NCBI RefSeq assembly: GCF_049075655.1
Contig: NZ_CP157522.1
Coordinates: 1,344,001 to 1,408,000, forward strand
From: Methanothermococcus sp. Ax23
GTDB lineage: Archaea; AGJL01; Methanococci; Methanococcales; Methanococcaceae
Direction of reading: 5' to 3'
DNA length: 64,000 bases
Positions 19,814-30,532 of this stretch are shown piece after piece. The stretch's first letter is position 1; the number at the start of each line of letters is the position of its first letter. Below the pieces are notes generated by a model. It searched no databases and was not told the origin of the DNA. It was given only the letters and a program-made list of their open reading frames with translations. The translations under genes were made by a program, and so were the position numbers.

Positions 19814-20581
19814 TTATATATTTTCACATAAATATTTTAAAGCATCCTCTTCCATGAAGTGCAATTTTCCGGGAACAATAATACAATGCAAAGGTTTCCC
19901 AAAATCATAATTAATCAAATCTTTTACTTTTCCATATACAATTTTTGGTTTTAGACTTCCAGCCCTTGCCACTACAACAATCTTTGTATCTTCATTTAAT
20001 ATATTCTCTTTTCTCTTTTCTTCAATTTTTAATAGTGTTTCAAGACCTTCATTTGCCGTCATGAACCTGTTTTTATCTGCATGAATATCCAAAAGGCATA
20101 ATGTATGATATCCCATTTTTAAATTCTCCTTTATTACATCATATGGAGTTTCGGGGAAGTAGTTTGGCTCTGGAAATACTATTGAAGTGGTTTTCCCAAA
20201 TTTATACAATTGCAAACCTGTAATGCCAATTGCCGAATATATTGACGGTGCATTTATGATAATTACTTCAATCCCCTTTTTTCTTGCTTCAACGGCAATA
20301 TCTACGTGGGTTGTTGCTACCATGGGGTCTCCTGCGGTAAGGAACATTATATCTTTATCATTACTTTCATTTATTAGCTTTTCCGTCTCGTATTCTACCT
20401 TCTCCCTATCCAAAACTACTATCTCTTTTCCAAAGGTCTCTTCTATTTTTTCTATTGTAGTTCCTGTTAAAACCGCTGTATAAAACTCAGCATAGATTTT
20501 ATCCACTTTTTTAGCATATTCTAGTGTTTTTAGCGTCATATCTTTTTCATCGTATAATCCTAATCCTGCAAGTATCAGCAT
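19814..20581 (-). CDS. dph5: Diphthine synthase
   Basis: MLILAGLGL, GDPMVATTH, GLQLYKFGKT, HTLCLLDI, PLHCIIVPG. Confidence 0.95.
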   Translation of the reverse strand: MLILAGLGLYDEKDMTLKTLEYAKKVDKIYAEFYTAVLTGTTIEKIEETFGKEIVVLDREKVEYETEKLINESNDKDIMFLTAGDPMVATTHVDIAVEARKKGIEVIIINAPSIYSAIGITGLQLYKFGKTTSIVFPEPNYFPETPYDVIKENLKMGYHTLCLLDIHADKNRFMTANEGLETLLKIEEKRKENILNEDTKIVVVARAGSLKPKIVYGKVKDLINYDFGKPLHCIIVPGKLHFMEEDALKYLCENI

Positions 20582-20734
20582 GAGCTCACCATTGATTTTA
20601 CTAAGAATAGTCCGAAATAATCATAAAAAATTTTGTTTATCGATATCTTGTTATATTAGTGTTAATATATATTTTATTTTTTTTATTCGATATATCTACA
20701 TATTTAAATTAAATTTTATAAGCAAAATAAACTA

Positions 20735-21113
20735 ATATTTACGATAAACCGCCGAGAAAGCCAACGATTTTAATCGTTATACAAAACATAGTTTTGTAAA
20801 ATCTCTTACGAGATTGGATGAGAGGCGGACATTATAATTAGTCAGTAGTAAAACATAAATATTTGAAGTTTCATAGTGAATAATGCTACCAGTCCAAGTA
20901 TCTATGGGTAGGGTTAGTAAAAACTCTACCGCTGGTAGTGGTTGGAAGTGCATAGCGTAGCCCTGAATCTCCTAAACGGAGATAGGGGTAGTGGGCTTGG
21001 CCACCCTTGTAGGGTTAAACCCTGCTAAAATTAGACGAAATCTTCATGATTTCGTTGCTCGCTTACTACCGTAAGCGAGAACCCAACGAGTTCACTCGTT
21101 GGAGTAGGTCAGA
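20735..21113 (+). mobile_element. Non-autonomous IS200/IS605-family element (MITE/PATE-like), copy 1, retaining a tnpB 3' end / omega-RNA-like region
   Basis: Near-identical inverted copy at 31405-31785; left-end stem CCGCC...GGCGG with nested hairpins; right-end hairpin CCAACGAG-TTCA-CTCGTTGG then AGTAGGTCA; remnant reading DRGSGLGHP like TnpB C-termini; no ORF and no target duplication. Confidence 0.8.
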
Positions 21114-21141
21114 CTAACTAAAAAAGAAAAGAATTTATATG

Positions 21142-22038
21142 TTATTCCTTCAACCCTAATTTTTCGAGAACAGGGTCGCAGGATATGAAGTGTAAATCAA
21201 GAGCAACTTCTTCTGGTTTCATTCCCATAGCAAGACCTAACAACTGTGAGTAGTGTATAACAGGTAACGAATATTCTCTTCCGAATTTCTCTTTTATCTC
21301 TATCTGACCTCTATCAAACTGCAAGTGGCAGAATGGACATACTTCTGTGATACAGTCAGCATTTGCGTTTAGCATGTTTTTAATTTTTGTCTCTGTAATT
21401 GTTAATGCGGTTTCCAAATCTCTTGCTCTTACTCCACCACCTGCACCGCAGCACATCTGTTTATCTCTGTAATTTACTGAGGTTGCACCAATTGCTTCAA
21501 CAAGGGCATCAAATGATTTTGGTCTTTCCGCACTTTCAAGATGCTTAACATCTGTTGGTTTTAAATAGTGGCATCCATAATGAACTGCAATATTTAAATC
21601 TAATGGTCTTACAACTTGCTCAGCAATTTTATCTGCACCATAATCGAAGTATAAAACTTCTGGGAGGTGTCTTACCTTTATTGTTCCTTTAAATTCATAT
21701 CCATATTTTGAAAGAGCTTGATTTACCTTTTCCTTAGCTTTTTCATTTTCATGTAATATATGGTTTGCTTCATACAATGAACCGTAGCATCCGTTGCAAA
21801 TTGTCAATACATCCATTTCATTCTCTTCTGCAATGCATAAATTTCTTGCTGCTAAGGTGAGCCATGTAGGCAAGTCAAAGGAACCGAAAACCCCGGGTGC
21901 TGGACAGCAGGAAGCTTTTTCGAAAGGGTGTAATTTTATACCTAATTTATCTAATGCCTTGTAGGTTGCACTTTCTATACCTGGGTATCTGTTTGGCGCG
22001 ATACATCCTAAAAAGAATATGTATTCCAAATCACTCAT
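21142..22038 (-). CDS. hdrB: CoB-CoM heterodisulfide reductase subunit B
   Basis: [12 protein letters not shown], two CCG domains (SCCPAPG; CCGAGGG), CPFCHLQFD. Confidence 0.95.
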   Translation of the reverse strand: MSDLEYIFFLGCIAPNRYPGIESATYKALDKLGIKLHPFEKASCCPAPGVFGSFDLPTWLTLAARNLCIAEENEMDVLTICNGCYGSLYEANHILHENEKAKEKVNQALSKYGYEFKGTIKVRHLPEVLYFDYGADKIAEQVVRPLDLNIAVHYGCHYLKPTDVKHLESAERPKSFDALVEAIGATSVNYRDKQMCCGAGGGVRARDLETALTITETKIKNMLNANADCITEVCPFCHLQFDRGQIEIKEKFGREYSLPVIHYSQLLGLAMGMKPEEVALDLHFISCDPVLEKLGLKE

Positions 22039-22098
22039 TTTTTCACCAAATCATTTTTAATTTAATTAACACGTGTATAATCCAATTAATATTATTAA

Positions 22099-22686
22099 TT
22101 ATTGCATATCTGACCATTCAAGGGTTTTAAGTTCTTCTAATTTCTTTGTTTCAGTGTTCAATCCAACTTTTTCGCAGAATCCATTATCCTGCATAATTCC
22201 TCTCATCTGTTCCAATACTTCGGGATATTTGTGTGTTGTTGGAGGAACTTCTGATAACCCCAATTTCTTCCTAACTTCTTTTATTTCATCATTTACTGGA
22301 ACAGCATGACCGGTTAAATAAACATATAAACTTGTTTTTCTGTGAGCAAGTGCCACATATCCCATCTGGAAAGCAACGTTTCTCATTGCTTTAATTACTT
22401 CTGTAATTTTAACATCTCTTGGACATCTTTCATAGCATGTATAACATGTTGTGCATTTCCAAAGGTCTTCACTTTTTACATAATCCCCTAGTCCTAACAT
22501 TGCGGACCTTATTAATTTTCTTGTTCTGTATGCAGTTATTCTTCCGCTTGGGCATCCTCCAGTGCATGTTCCACACTGGTAGCATCTTCTAAATGATTTT
22601 ATTATATCTTCTTCTCCAATAGCCTGTCCTGCTTCTATTAATTTTTCTGGGAACTTTGGATTAAAATCTTTTGAACTTAAAACCAT
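22099..22686 (-). CDS. hdrC: CoB-CoM heterodisulfide reductase subunit C
   Basis: [12 protein letters not shown] and [12 protein letters not shown]; start MVLSSKDF follows a GGTGA RBS. Confidence 0.95.
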   Translation of the reverse strand: MVLSSKDFNPKFPEKLIEAGQAIGEEDIIKSFRRCYQCGTCTGGCPSGRITAYRTRKLIRSAMLGLGDYVKSEDLWKCTTCYTCYERCPRDVKITEVIKAMRNVAFQMGYVALAHRKTSLYVYLTGHAVPVNDEIKEVRKKLGLSEVPPTTHKYPEVLEQMRGIMQDNGFCEKVGLNTETKKLEELKTLEWSDMQ

Positions 22687-22918
22687 ACTTTCACCTCTTA
22701 TGTTATTGTGGTATAGATTATATATATAAATGACCATGTGATGTTCTTTATAATACAGTTGTATAATACAGGCGGAATTAATAGTTAATTTTATAAATAA
22801 AAAATAATATACTCTAAAAACACAATTTATCATAATTAATAATGAAAAATTGAATTTATTAATTTTATTTTGTAAATCTTATTTTCGTAAATATAATAAA
22901 AACTCAAAAAGGGATACC

Positions 22919-24046
22919 GTGTATGAAGGAGAAATAGCAATAGGTCCTATCCATTCTGCGATACTTGAACCACATAGATTGAGACTGTTCATTGAAGATG
23001 AAATTGTAAAAGATGCCGAGCTCACCATAGGGGTTAATCATAGAGGTATAGAGAGACTCATGGAGGGGCTTCCACCTGAGAAGGCGTGCATACTTACTGA
23101 AAAAATTTGCGGAATATGTTCCCATATACATTTGTGGAATTCTGTTAGAGTTGTTGAAAAGGGAAGTAATATCGAAGTTCCAGAACGGGCAAATTACATA
23201 AGAATAATTATTGAAGAATTGGAAAGACTACATTCTCATACTTTATTGTTCGGTCATGCATTTGAAATTCTTGGACATGAAACAATGTCTATGAGAGCAT
23301 TCATGCTAAGGGAACCAATAATGCAGACATTATTTGATGTAAGTGGAAGCAGAGTCCAGTATTCTTGTCCTGTGATAGGTGGAATAAGACCAAGATGTAA
23401 TATAAAAGATAGCCAAATTCCAACACTTATTGAACGAATAGAGAAATTTGAAGAGAATTTAAAAAAACTTATAGATAGAACTGTAAATGATCCATTGTTA
23501 GTTTCCCGTATGAAAGATATTGGTGTATTGGACAGAAAAATAGCTGCAAAATATCATGCTTTGGGACCAACTGCAAGAGGAAGTGGAATAAAAAGCGACA
23601 TGAGAAAGATGGGATATGTGCCTGAATATGACCCATTTGAATTTGATGAGGTATTATTTGATGATGGAGATGTTTTATCAAGAGTTGCCGTAAGAATGTA
23701 TGAATGTTTTGAAAGCATCAAGATTATAAAGCAGGCATTGAAGGAGCTCCCGAACCTTCCTAAAAAATTCTATAATCCAAACTATGAAATAACTGAATTT
23801 GAACCTGTGGATATATACAATGAGGCACAGAGAGGTCAGGTTTATCACTCTTATGGAGTAAATAGTGAAGGCAGGATAAGACATTCAATAGTCAGAACTC
23901 CAACAGCAACAAACTTGGCATGCATGGAGGAGATATTAAAAGGATACCATGTATCCGATGCTGAATTAATTATAGCAAGTTGCGACCCTTGTTTCACATG
24001 CACAGATAGGTTAATAATATTAAAACAGGACAAAAATATAAAATAA
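22919..24046 (+). CDS. ehbN: Energy-converting [NiFe] hydrogenase large subunit (Ehb type)
   Basis: GPIHS, EKICGIC, DPCFTC plus short C-terminal extension; GTG start at 22919; divergent from hdrCB as I recall for Methanococcus. Confidence 0.8.
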   Translation: MYEGEIAIGPIHSAILEPHRLRLFIEDEIVKDAELTIGVNHRGIERLMEGLPPEKACILTEKICGICSHIHLWNSVRVVEKGSNIEVPERANYIRIIIEELERLHSHTLLFGHAFEILGHETMSMRAFMLREPIMQTLFDVSGSRVQYSCPVIGGIRPRCNIKDSQIPTLIERIEKFEENLKKLIDRTVNDPLLVSRMKDIGVLDRKIAAKYHALGPTARGSGIKSDMRKMGYVPEYDPFEFDEVLFDDGDVLSRVAVRMYECFESIKIIKQALKELPNLPKKFYNPNYEITEFEPVDIYNEAQRGQVYHSYGVNSEGRIRHSIVRTPTATNLACMEEILKGYHVSDAELIIASCDPCFTCTDRLIILKQDKNIK

Positions 24047-24129
24047 TTTAATAACTATAACGTAAATATAAAATAAAATAAACATGAAAATTAAAATATT
24101 AGATAATTACAACTTAAAATGATGAAATT

Positions 24130-25848
24130 ATGGATGATGACATATTAAAATTATATGTAAATTCAACATGTCCATTATGCAATATTTTAAAGGAGATTTT
24201 AGAATATAACAATATTAAATTTGAATTAATAAATATAGACGATATATCAGAATCTGAATTAAATGATAAATTTAAATATATTAATAATATAGGAGATATT
24301 AAAAATATTGCATTTCCAGCTATTGTGCTAAACAATGACATAATCGTTGGTTATGATATAGAAAAACTTGAAAAACTATTAGGTAGGAAATTATTAAAAC
24401 CCCCTGTCGCCGAAAAATCATCCGTCGATACTCTAAATAACGCCGATGAGTTGATGGAATATTATAATACCGTTAAGTTATTTAGCGAATATAGAGGTTA
24501 TTATTTAAATCCTGATGAGAAGTATGTTTTAACAGTGCTCAATGCTCAGTTGAAGCGTCAAGAAAATGGAATAAAATATTGCCCATGTAAGCTTGGGAAT
24601 GTGCCCTGTCCCTGTCCCACAGTAGAACATGAGATTAAAACATATGGGCATTGTTTTTGCGGACTCTATGTATCAAAGGAGTATGTAGAAAATTGGAATG
24701 AGGGAGATACTCCATTAATGCTTTCCAATAGAAACATTAAAGAATATAATAACGTCCCAAGTAATATTGATAGCCATTTTTTAAAGGTCCATATATTTTT
24801 TAACAAAAAGTTAGACTATGAGAGCTCCCATAATTCTTCCAACATAAACTTGGAGGAATTTCTTGATAAATCTTATAAGCTGAAAAATAGTGGATATGGA
24901 TTTAAAAACGATATATTGGTTAAGTTTAAAGAAGATGAAGCACATAAAAACCTGCAATTATGGCATAGCAACTTTAATGATTATTACAACAACAAGATAG
25001 AAGATATAACCAGTGATTATGAGTTTGATATTGCAATAAATACTCCAATAGGAATTCCAAATGGAAAAAAGATAGAATTTAAAGGGCTAAGTATTACTAC
25101 AAACTACGGAAATTCACAATATCGTAAAAGATATTTAATTGAGGGGAATGATTCAAATATCCTTGATGTTGTGGATTGCATAATTGTTTTAGAAGTCATT
25201 GGATACATGAATAAAATGATGAACAAGTCATACCTAAAATATGCAAAAGAAATAGAATCTTTACAAAAAGATATAAATCAACTTGTAATTGATATAAATA
25301 TCAATAAAGAGCATTCATTTGAAGACTATTTGTCAATACTGTCCATAAGTGTTAAAAATATATCCGATATTCAAGAGAAAATTACAAAAAAATACAACTT
25401 ATTTGAGTATTATATGGCAAAAAGATTGGGCAACCAAAAGTTTAAATCATTTTTACATTCCTTTGGATATAATGTGAGATATGAGGAGATTCTTAAAGAT
25501 TTTACGCATCTGTTAAATGAGCTCAGTATTATGAAAAACACAGTAAGTGAATTAATAGACATACTTGAAACTAATGTGAATATATCTCAAAACAATAGGG
25601 CAATTAAATTGCAGAATGAAATACATAAAACTGCAAAAACCCAGTTAAATATGCACAGGGCAGTTGAAGGATTATATACAGTCTTTGCAGCATTTTATTT
25701 TACAGAGCTCGCATTGATAATATTTGAAGGGCTAAATCATGCAAAGGTTGTAAAGTATGATGCCTATGTTTTGGCGTCTTTCTTTGTTCCAATTGCTATG
25801 TTGCTTGGAGTTGTTGTAAGTAAAAAATTAAAAAAGAGATATGGTTGA
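24130..25848 (+). CDS. Fusion protein: glutaredoxin/NrdH + ferredoxin:thioredoxin-reductase-like catalytic domain + coiled-coil and two C-terminal TM helices (DUF3422/CorA-like)
   Basis: CPLC and FPAIV..IIVGYD; YCPC..CPC..GHCFCGLY; TQLNMHRAVEGL followed by two hydrophobic helices. Confidence 0.7.
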   Translation: MDDDILKLYVNSTCPLCNILKEILEYNNIKFELINIDDISESELNDKFKYINNIGDIKNIAFPAIVLNNDIIVGYDIEKLEKLLGRKLLKPPVAEKSSVDTLNNADELMEYYNTVKLFSEYRGYYLNPDEKYVLTVLNAQLKRQENGIKYCPCKLGNVPCPCPTVEHEIKTYGHCFCGLYVSKEYVENWNEGDTPLMLSNRNIKEYNNVPSNIDSHFLKVHIFFNKKLDYESSHNSSNINLEEFLDKSYKLKNSGYGFKNDILVKFKEDEAHKNLQLWHSNFNDYYNNKIEDITSDYEFDIAINTPIGIPNGKKIEFKGLSITTNYGNSQYRKRYLIEGNDSNILDVVDCIIVLEVIGYMNKMMNKSYLKYAKEIESLQKDINQLVIDININKEHSFEDYLSILSISVKNISDIQEKITKKYNLFEYYMAKRLGNQKFKSFLHSFGYNVRYEEILKDFTHLLNELSIMKNTVSELIDILETNVNISQNNRAIKLQNEIHKTAKTQLNMHRAVEGLYTVFAAFYFTELALIIFEGLNHAKVVKYDAYVLASFFVPIAMLLGVVVSKKLKKRYG

Positions 25849-25905
25849 ATATCCTTATAAAAAAATAAAAATAAAAATATTAAAAATAAATACAGTGGGG
25901 ATATT

Positions 25906-26283
25906 ATGAATTCAAAAATAAAAGATGTAATGAACAAAGAGTTTATAAAACTCAGTCCTGAGGTAGTGGGCGGTGAAGCAGTTCAAATCCTGTATAAAAA
26001 TAAAAAGGCATACGCCCCAGTAGTTGAAGATGGAAAACTTGAAGGATGGGTTAATGCACTGGATTTATTAGTTGGATGTAAGCACTCAAAAATTGAAGAT
26101 TTGATGCTTTTTGTGGATGAGGTAAAGGTATTAAATGAAGACGATGAATTAACTGATGATTTAATAAATGAAATGATTAAAAATGAGAATATATCATATC
26201 CTGTTGTAAATAATGACAATGAAGCTGTTGGAACGCTATCTGTTTTTGACATATTGGAATATATTTATAACACTAACCGGTGA
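25906..26283 (+). CDS. CBS-domain pair protein
   Basis: IKDVMNK, APVVEDGKLEG, YPVVNNDNEAVG. Confidence 0.85.
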   Translation: MNSKIKDVMNKEFIKLSPEVVGGEAVQILYKNKKAYAPVVEDGKLEGWVNALDLLVGCKHSKIEDLMLFVDEVKVLNEDDELTDDLINEMIKNENISYPVVNNDNEAVGTLSVFDILEYIYNTNR

Positions 26284-26287
26284 TGCT

Positions 26288-26500
26288 ATGAAAGAATTAA
26301 AACTTAAAATAAGGGGGATGAGTTGCAATATGTGTGTAAAAACCATAAAAAACTTATTATCTGAATTAGACGGCATAATTGATGTAGATATAGATTTAGA
26401 AGGGGGAACTGGTATTATAAAATACGATGAAAATAAAATAACTGAAAATGACATACTAAACAATGAGGCTTTCGAACTGTATCCTGCTGAAAAAATATAA
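26288..26500 (+). CDS. copZ: Copper chaperone (HMA domain)
   Basis: GMSCNMC; directly upstream of copA; ATG follows GGTGA. Confidence 0.85.
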   Translation: MKELKLKIRGMSCNMCVKTIKNLLSELDGIIDVDIDLEGGTGIIKYDENKITENDILNNEAFELYPAEKI

Positions 26501-26622
26501 TACTTCCTTTTATCTTTGTTATTCTCTCGTTAATACTGTTAAACATATATTATAGTATTAATCATATATTGTTGTATATTTTTTATTTTTTTATTTTTTT
26601 CATGACTATATTGGAGGATATT

Positions 26623-28878
26623 ATGAATGTTAAAATTAAAATATCCGGCATGACCTGTGCAGTATGCGCTAAAACTATTGAAAAAGTGCTGAGCAAAACT
26701 GATGGAGTAAATAGCATCACTGTAAATCTTGTAGATGAAAGTGCAGAGGTGGATTTTAATCCTGATGTTATTTCAATTGAAGAAATCGGCAAAAAAATTG
26801 AAAAACTTGGTTTTGATGTTGTTGGAATAGGGGAGGATGAAAATTTAGAGGAAGTGGAGGAGCATAAAGAATTAGAACTAAAAGATAAATTGCATAGGGT
26901 AATTGTAGGGGCTATATTTTCGGTAGTTTTATTCTCCATGATGTATGTTGCTATTCCATACAAACCATATTTAGCTTTTTTACTGTCCTTACCGCCGTTG
27001 ATATATGTTGCAATGCCAATATTTAAGGCAGGTTTTAACTCTCTAAAAACTAAATCATTAAATATGGATGTAATGTATTCAATGGGAATGGGTGTGGCAT
27101 ATTTATCCGCCATTATGGCAACTGCCGGGATTCTACCAAAGGAATTCATGTTCTATGATACTACAATAATGCTTGCTACCCTTTTAACACTTGGAAGGTA
27201 TTTAGAGGAACAGGCAAAGGGAAGAACTTCTGAGGCAATTAAAAAGCTTATGGGCTTAAAACCAAAAACTGCGAAAATAATTAAAGACGGTAGAGAAGTT
27301 GAAGTATTAATAGAAAATGTAAAAATAGGGGATATAATAGTTGTTAGACCGGGAGAAAAGATACCTGTTGATGCTGTTGTGGTTGAAGGGGAGAGTTATG
27401 TTGATGAGTCGATGATTACGGGAGAGCCTGTTCCAAATTTAAAAAAATCGGGGGATAAGGTTATCGGAGGAACCATAAATACCAACGGAGCTCTGAGGAT
27501 AAAAGCTGAAAAAGTGGGGAAGGATACTTTATTATCTCAAATTATAGAGCTCGTCAAAAATGCTCAGTCATCAAAACCAGAAATACAGGGTTTGGCTGAT
27601 AAGGTTGTTAGCTATTTTATTCCAACAGTTTTAATAATAGCTTTAATATCTGCGATATATTGGTATTTTGTAAATGGATTTTTGTTTGCCATAACCATAT
27701 TAATATCTGTTCTTGTAGTTGCCTGCCCATGTGCATTGGGGCTTGCTACACCTACTGCAATAACTGTTGGAATTGGTAGGGGAGCTGAGCTCGGTATATT
27801 GATTAAAGATAGTAGAGTATTTGATGTATCAGACAAATTAAATGCCATGATATTTGATAAAACCGGAACTATTACCATTGGGGAACCTGAGGTCATAGAT
27901 ATAATTACAGATATGGATACTGATGAATTTTTAAGGATGATGGCGATATTGGAAAGTAATTCAGAGCATCCCATTGCCAATGCCATAGTAAAAAAGGCTT
28001 TGGAGCGGAATTTGGATATTGGTAATAAAAAGGCTGAAAAATTTAGGGCAATTAGTGGAAAAGGAGTAGTAGGGCTTGTTGATGGTAAGGAGATAGTCAT
28101 TGGAAATAAATTATTTATTGAAGAATATATGGCTAATAACAAAAATAATAAGAATATTAAGAATAATAAGAACAATAAGGATGATAAAAACGATAAAAAT
28201 GATTATAATTATGAGAATATTGCCAAAAAACTTGAAAATGATGGGAAAACCACTTTAATTGTAGCAGTAGATGGAGAAATAAAGGGAGTTATTGGAGTGT
28301 CGGATAAAATAAAAGAGGACGCTAAGGAAACTATCGAAGCACTGAAAAATATAGGGATAAATACATACATGATTACGGGAGATAACGAAAAAACTGCAAA
28401 AATAATAGGTAAAAAGGTGGGTATTGCAGAAAATAACATATTTGCCAATGTGCTACCAGATGAAAAAGCAAAAATTGTTGAAAAAATTAGAAACAATGTT
28501 GATGGCTATGTGGGATTTGTAGGTGATGGTATAAATGATGCCCCCGCACTTTCAACAGCAGATGTGGGCGTAGCTATTGGAGGAGGGACTGACATAGCAA
28601 TTGAAAGCGGAAATGTTGTTTTAATAAAAAATAGATTAAAGGATGTAGTTGGGTTTGTAAGACTCAGTAAAAGAATATTAAAACAGATAAAACTGAATAT
28701 CTTCTGGGCATTCGCCTATAATTTAGCGTTAATTCCTGTGGCAGCTGGTGTTCTTTATCCCTACGGTGTAGTATTTAGACCTGAGCTCGCTGCATTTGCC
28801 ATGACATTAAGTTCAATTACAGTTGTCAGCTTGTCGTTGCTGTTGAAGAGATACAATCCAATGAAAGATAATAATTAA
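26623..28878 (+). CDS. copA: Cu(+)-exporting P1B-type ATPase
   Basis: [32 protein letters not shown] and MxxSS; ATG follows GGAGG. Confidence 0.95.
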   Translation: MNVKIKISGMTCAVCAKTIEKVLSKTDGVNSITVNLVDESAEVDFNPDVISIEEIGKKIEKLGFDVVGIGEDENLEEVEEHKELELKDKLHRVIVGAIFSVVLFSMMYVAIPYKPYLAFLLSLPPLIYVAMPIFKAGFNSLKTKSLNMDVMYSMGMGVAYLSAIMATAGILPKEFMFYDTTIMLATLLTLGRYLEEQAKGRTSEAIKKLMGLKPKTAKIIKDGREVEVLIENVKIGDIIVVRPGEKIPVDAVVVEGESYVDESMITGEPVPNLKKSGDKVIGGTINTNGALRIKAEKVGKDTLLSQIIELVKNAQSSKPEIQGLADKVVSYFIPTVLIIALISAIYWYFVNGFLFAITILISVLVVACPCALGLATPTAITVGIGRGAELGILIKDSRVFDVSDKLNAMIFDKTGTITIGEPEVIDIITDMDTDEFLRMMAILESNSEHPIANAIVKKALERNLDIGNKKAEKFRAISGKGVVGLVDGKEIVIGNKLFIEEYMANNKNNKNIKNNKNNKDDKNDKNDYNYENIAKKLENDGKTTLIVAVDGEIKGVIGVSDKIKEDAKETIEALKNIGINTYMITGDNEKTAKIIGKKVGIAENNIFANVLPDEKAKIVEKIRNNVDGYVGFVGDGINDAPALSTADVGVAIGGGTDIAIESGNVVLIKNRLKDVVGFVRLSKRILKQIKLNIFWAFAYNLALIPVAAGVLYPYGVVFRPELAAFAMTLSSITVVSLSLLLKRYNPMKDNN
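28135..28209 (+). repeat. Degenerate 9-bp tandem repeat inside copA (NNK/NDK)n
   Basis: aataacaaa aataataag aatattaag aataataag aacaataag gatgataaa aacgataaa. Confidence 0.7.
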
Positions 28879-28901
28879 TAAAAATAAAAAATGGTGAAAT
28901 T

Positions 28902-30482
28902 ATGGATAACTTAGAGCTCTTTAAAATACTTTTAAAAAATTATAAAATAAAAAATAAAAATAAAGAATACATTTCACCAAAAGAGATGAATATTACAGAT
29001 AATAATTGCGAGTATTTAGGAATTCCAAAAATAATTCTTATGGAAAATGCTGGTAAATCCATTGCTGATGAAGTTGTGAATTATTTAGATGAAAATAAAA
29101 AAAATAAAATATATATATTCTGCGGACTTGGGAACAACGGAGGAGATGGATTTGTTGCTGTTCGTCATTTAATGGGATACTGCGATTATATGGATGAAAT
29201 CTCAAAATCCTTCGGATTTTTACGATTTCCTTCGCTTCGCTCGGAAATAAATGTAATACTACTTGGAAAGGAGAATGAAATAAAAACCTATGAATCAAAG
29301 GAAAATTTTAAGATTTTAAAAAATATAAGTGAGCTGGATTTTAGGTTAAAAATAAAAGAAGCCATATGCCCAAATGAAATTTTAAAGGTAATTGAAAATA
29401 TTAAATCAGAAAAGGAAAATGTAATAATCATAGATGCCATGCTGGGAACAGGCATTAAAGGGGAGCTCCGAGAACCATTTAAAACTGTGGTAAATGGACT
29501 GAATAAATTAAAAAACGATAATGATAAAAGCAATAATTTGAAAATAATCTCCGTAGATACTGAAACTAAGGGATTAAATGCAGATTTGATAATTACATTC
29601 CACAAATTTAAGTTAGGTAATGATTTAAATAAAACCAATATTAAAAAAATAGGTATTCCACCAATAGCTGAGCATATAGTTGGATGGGGAGATTTAAAGG
29701 CATTAGCTAAAATAAATCCAAATTCTCATAAGGGGGACAATGGAAAGGTTTTGGTTGTTGGCGGTTCTAAGGAATTTTTCGGAGCTCCGATTTTATCTGC
29801 ATTGGCATCTTCAAAAATAGTGGATTTGGTAACTGTTGCATCTGTTAAAAATACAATTGATGCTTTAAGAAACTATCCTGAATTAATGGGTTATGAAATT
29901 GAAGGGGATTATTTTGGAGGGGAGCATGTGGATGAAGTTGTAGAGCTCTCTAAAAAATATGATGTTGTTGTTCTTGGAAATGGATTAAGTGTAAATAATA
30001 ATACAAAAAAGTTTGTAAATGGATTTTTAGAGGAAATGGAAAAATTAAATAAAAAGGTAGTAATAGATGCAGATGCTATAAAGGTTATAGGTTATAATAA
30101 TTTTAATTTTAGTGAGAATTTTATATTCACTCCCCATAAAAAAGAATTTGAATATATGGGACTTAATGTTAATGATAATATGGATATATCCAATATAAAC
30201 TCCACAATAGTTTTAAAGGGAAAATACGATTTAATATTCAATAAAAATAATATAAAAATAAACAAAACAGGAAATGCAGGTATGACTGTTGGAGGAACAG
30301 GAGATGTTTTATGCGGAATAATCGGTGGATTATTTAGTAAAAATGACGCCTTTATTTCAGGATGCTGTGGAGCATTTATAAATGGGTATGCGGGAGATTT
30401 ATTGCTTAAAGAGAAAGGATATTACTATAATGTTGTTGATATATTAAATAAAATACCAAATGTTTTAAATATATTTCAGTAA
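28902..30482 (+). CDS. nnr: Bifunctional NAD(P)H-hydrate epimerase/dehydratase (YjeF)
   Basis: LMENAG, GNNGGDG, DAMLGTG, SHKGDNG, VIDADA, TPHKKEF, GGTGDVL. Confidence 0.92.
   Translation: MDNLELFKILLKNYKIKNKNKEYISPKEMNITDNNCEYLGIPKIILMENAGKSIADEVVNYLDENKKNKIYIFCGLGNNGGDGFVAVRHLMGYCDYMDEISKSFGFLRFPSLRSEINVILLGKENEIKTYESKENFKILKNISELDFRLKIKEAICPNEILKVIENIKSEKENVIIIDAMLGTGIKGELREPFKTVVNGLNKLKNDNDKSNNLKIISVDTETKGLNADLIITFHKFKLGNDLNKTNIKKIGIPPIAEHIVGWGDLKALAKINPNSHKGDNGKVLVVGGSKEFFGAPILSALASSKIVDLVTVASVKNTIDALRNYPELMGYEIEGDYFGGEHVDEVVELSKKYDVVVLGNGLSVNNNTKKFVNGFLEEMEKLNKKVVIDADAIKVIGYNNFNFSENFIFTPHKKEFEYMGLNVNDNMDISNINSTIVLKGKYDLIFNKNNIKINKTGNAGMTVGGTGDVLCGIIGGLFSKNDAFISGCCGAFINGYAGDLLLKEKGYYYNVVDILNKIPNVLNIFQ
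29196..29248. repeat. Palindromic REP-like element lying in frame inside nnr
   Basis: GAAATC-tc-AAAATCC-TTC-GGATTTT-tac-GATTTC overlapping ATTTCC-TTCGCTTCGCTC-GGAAAT; encodes EISKSFGFLRFPSLRSEI. Confidence 0.65.
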
Positions 30483-30532
30483 TATATATTATATACGAGC
30501 ATATCCGACTAATAAATTATAAAAGGGGTATT

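Noticed and set aside
20735-21113. GC-rich structured stretch considered as tRNA, SRP RNA, RNase P RNA or CRISPR
   Set aside because: No cloverleaf or T-loop, no repeat-spacer periodicity; a second dispersed copy and IS605-type ends explain it better
22687-22918. N-terminal extensions of hdrC and ehbN in the ORF track
   Set aside because: AT-rich divergent promoter region; better starts lie at 22686 (ATG) and 22919 (GTG)
22919-24046. Possible selenocysteine recoding in the hydrogenase or hdrBC
   Set aside because: All ligand positions are Cys codons and no in-frame TGA interrupts these ORFs
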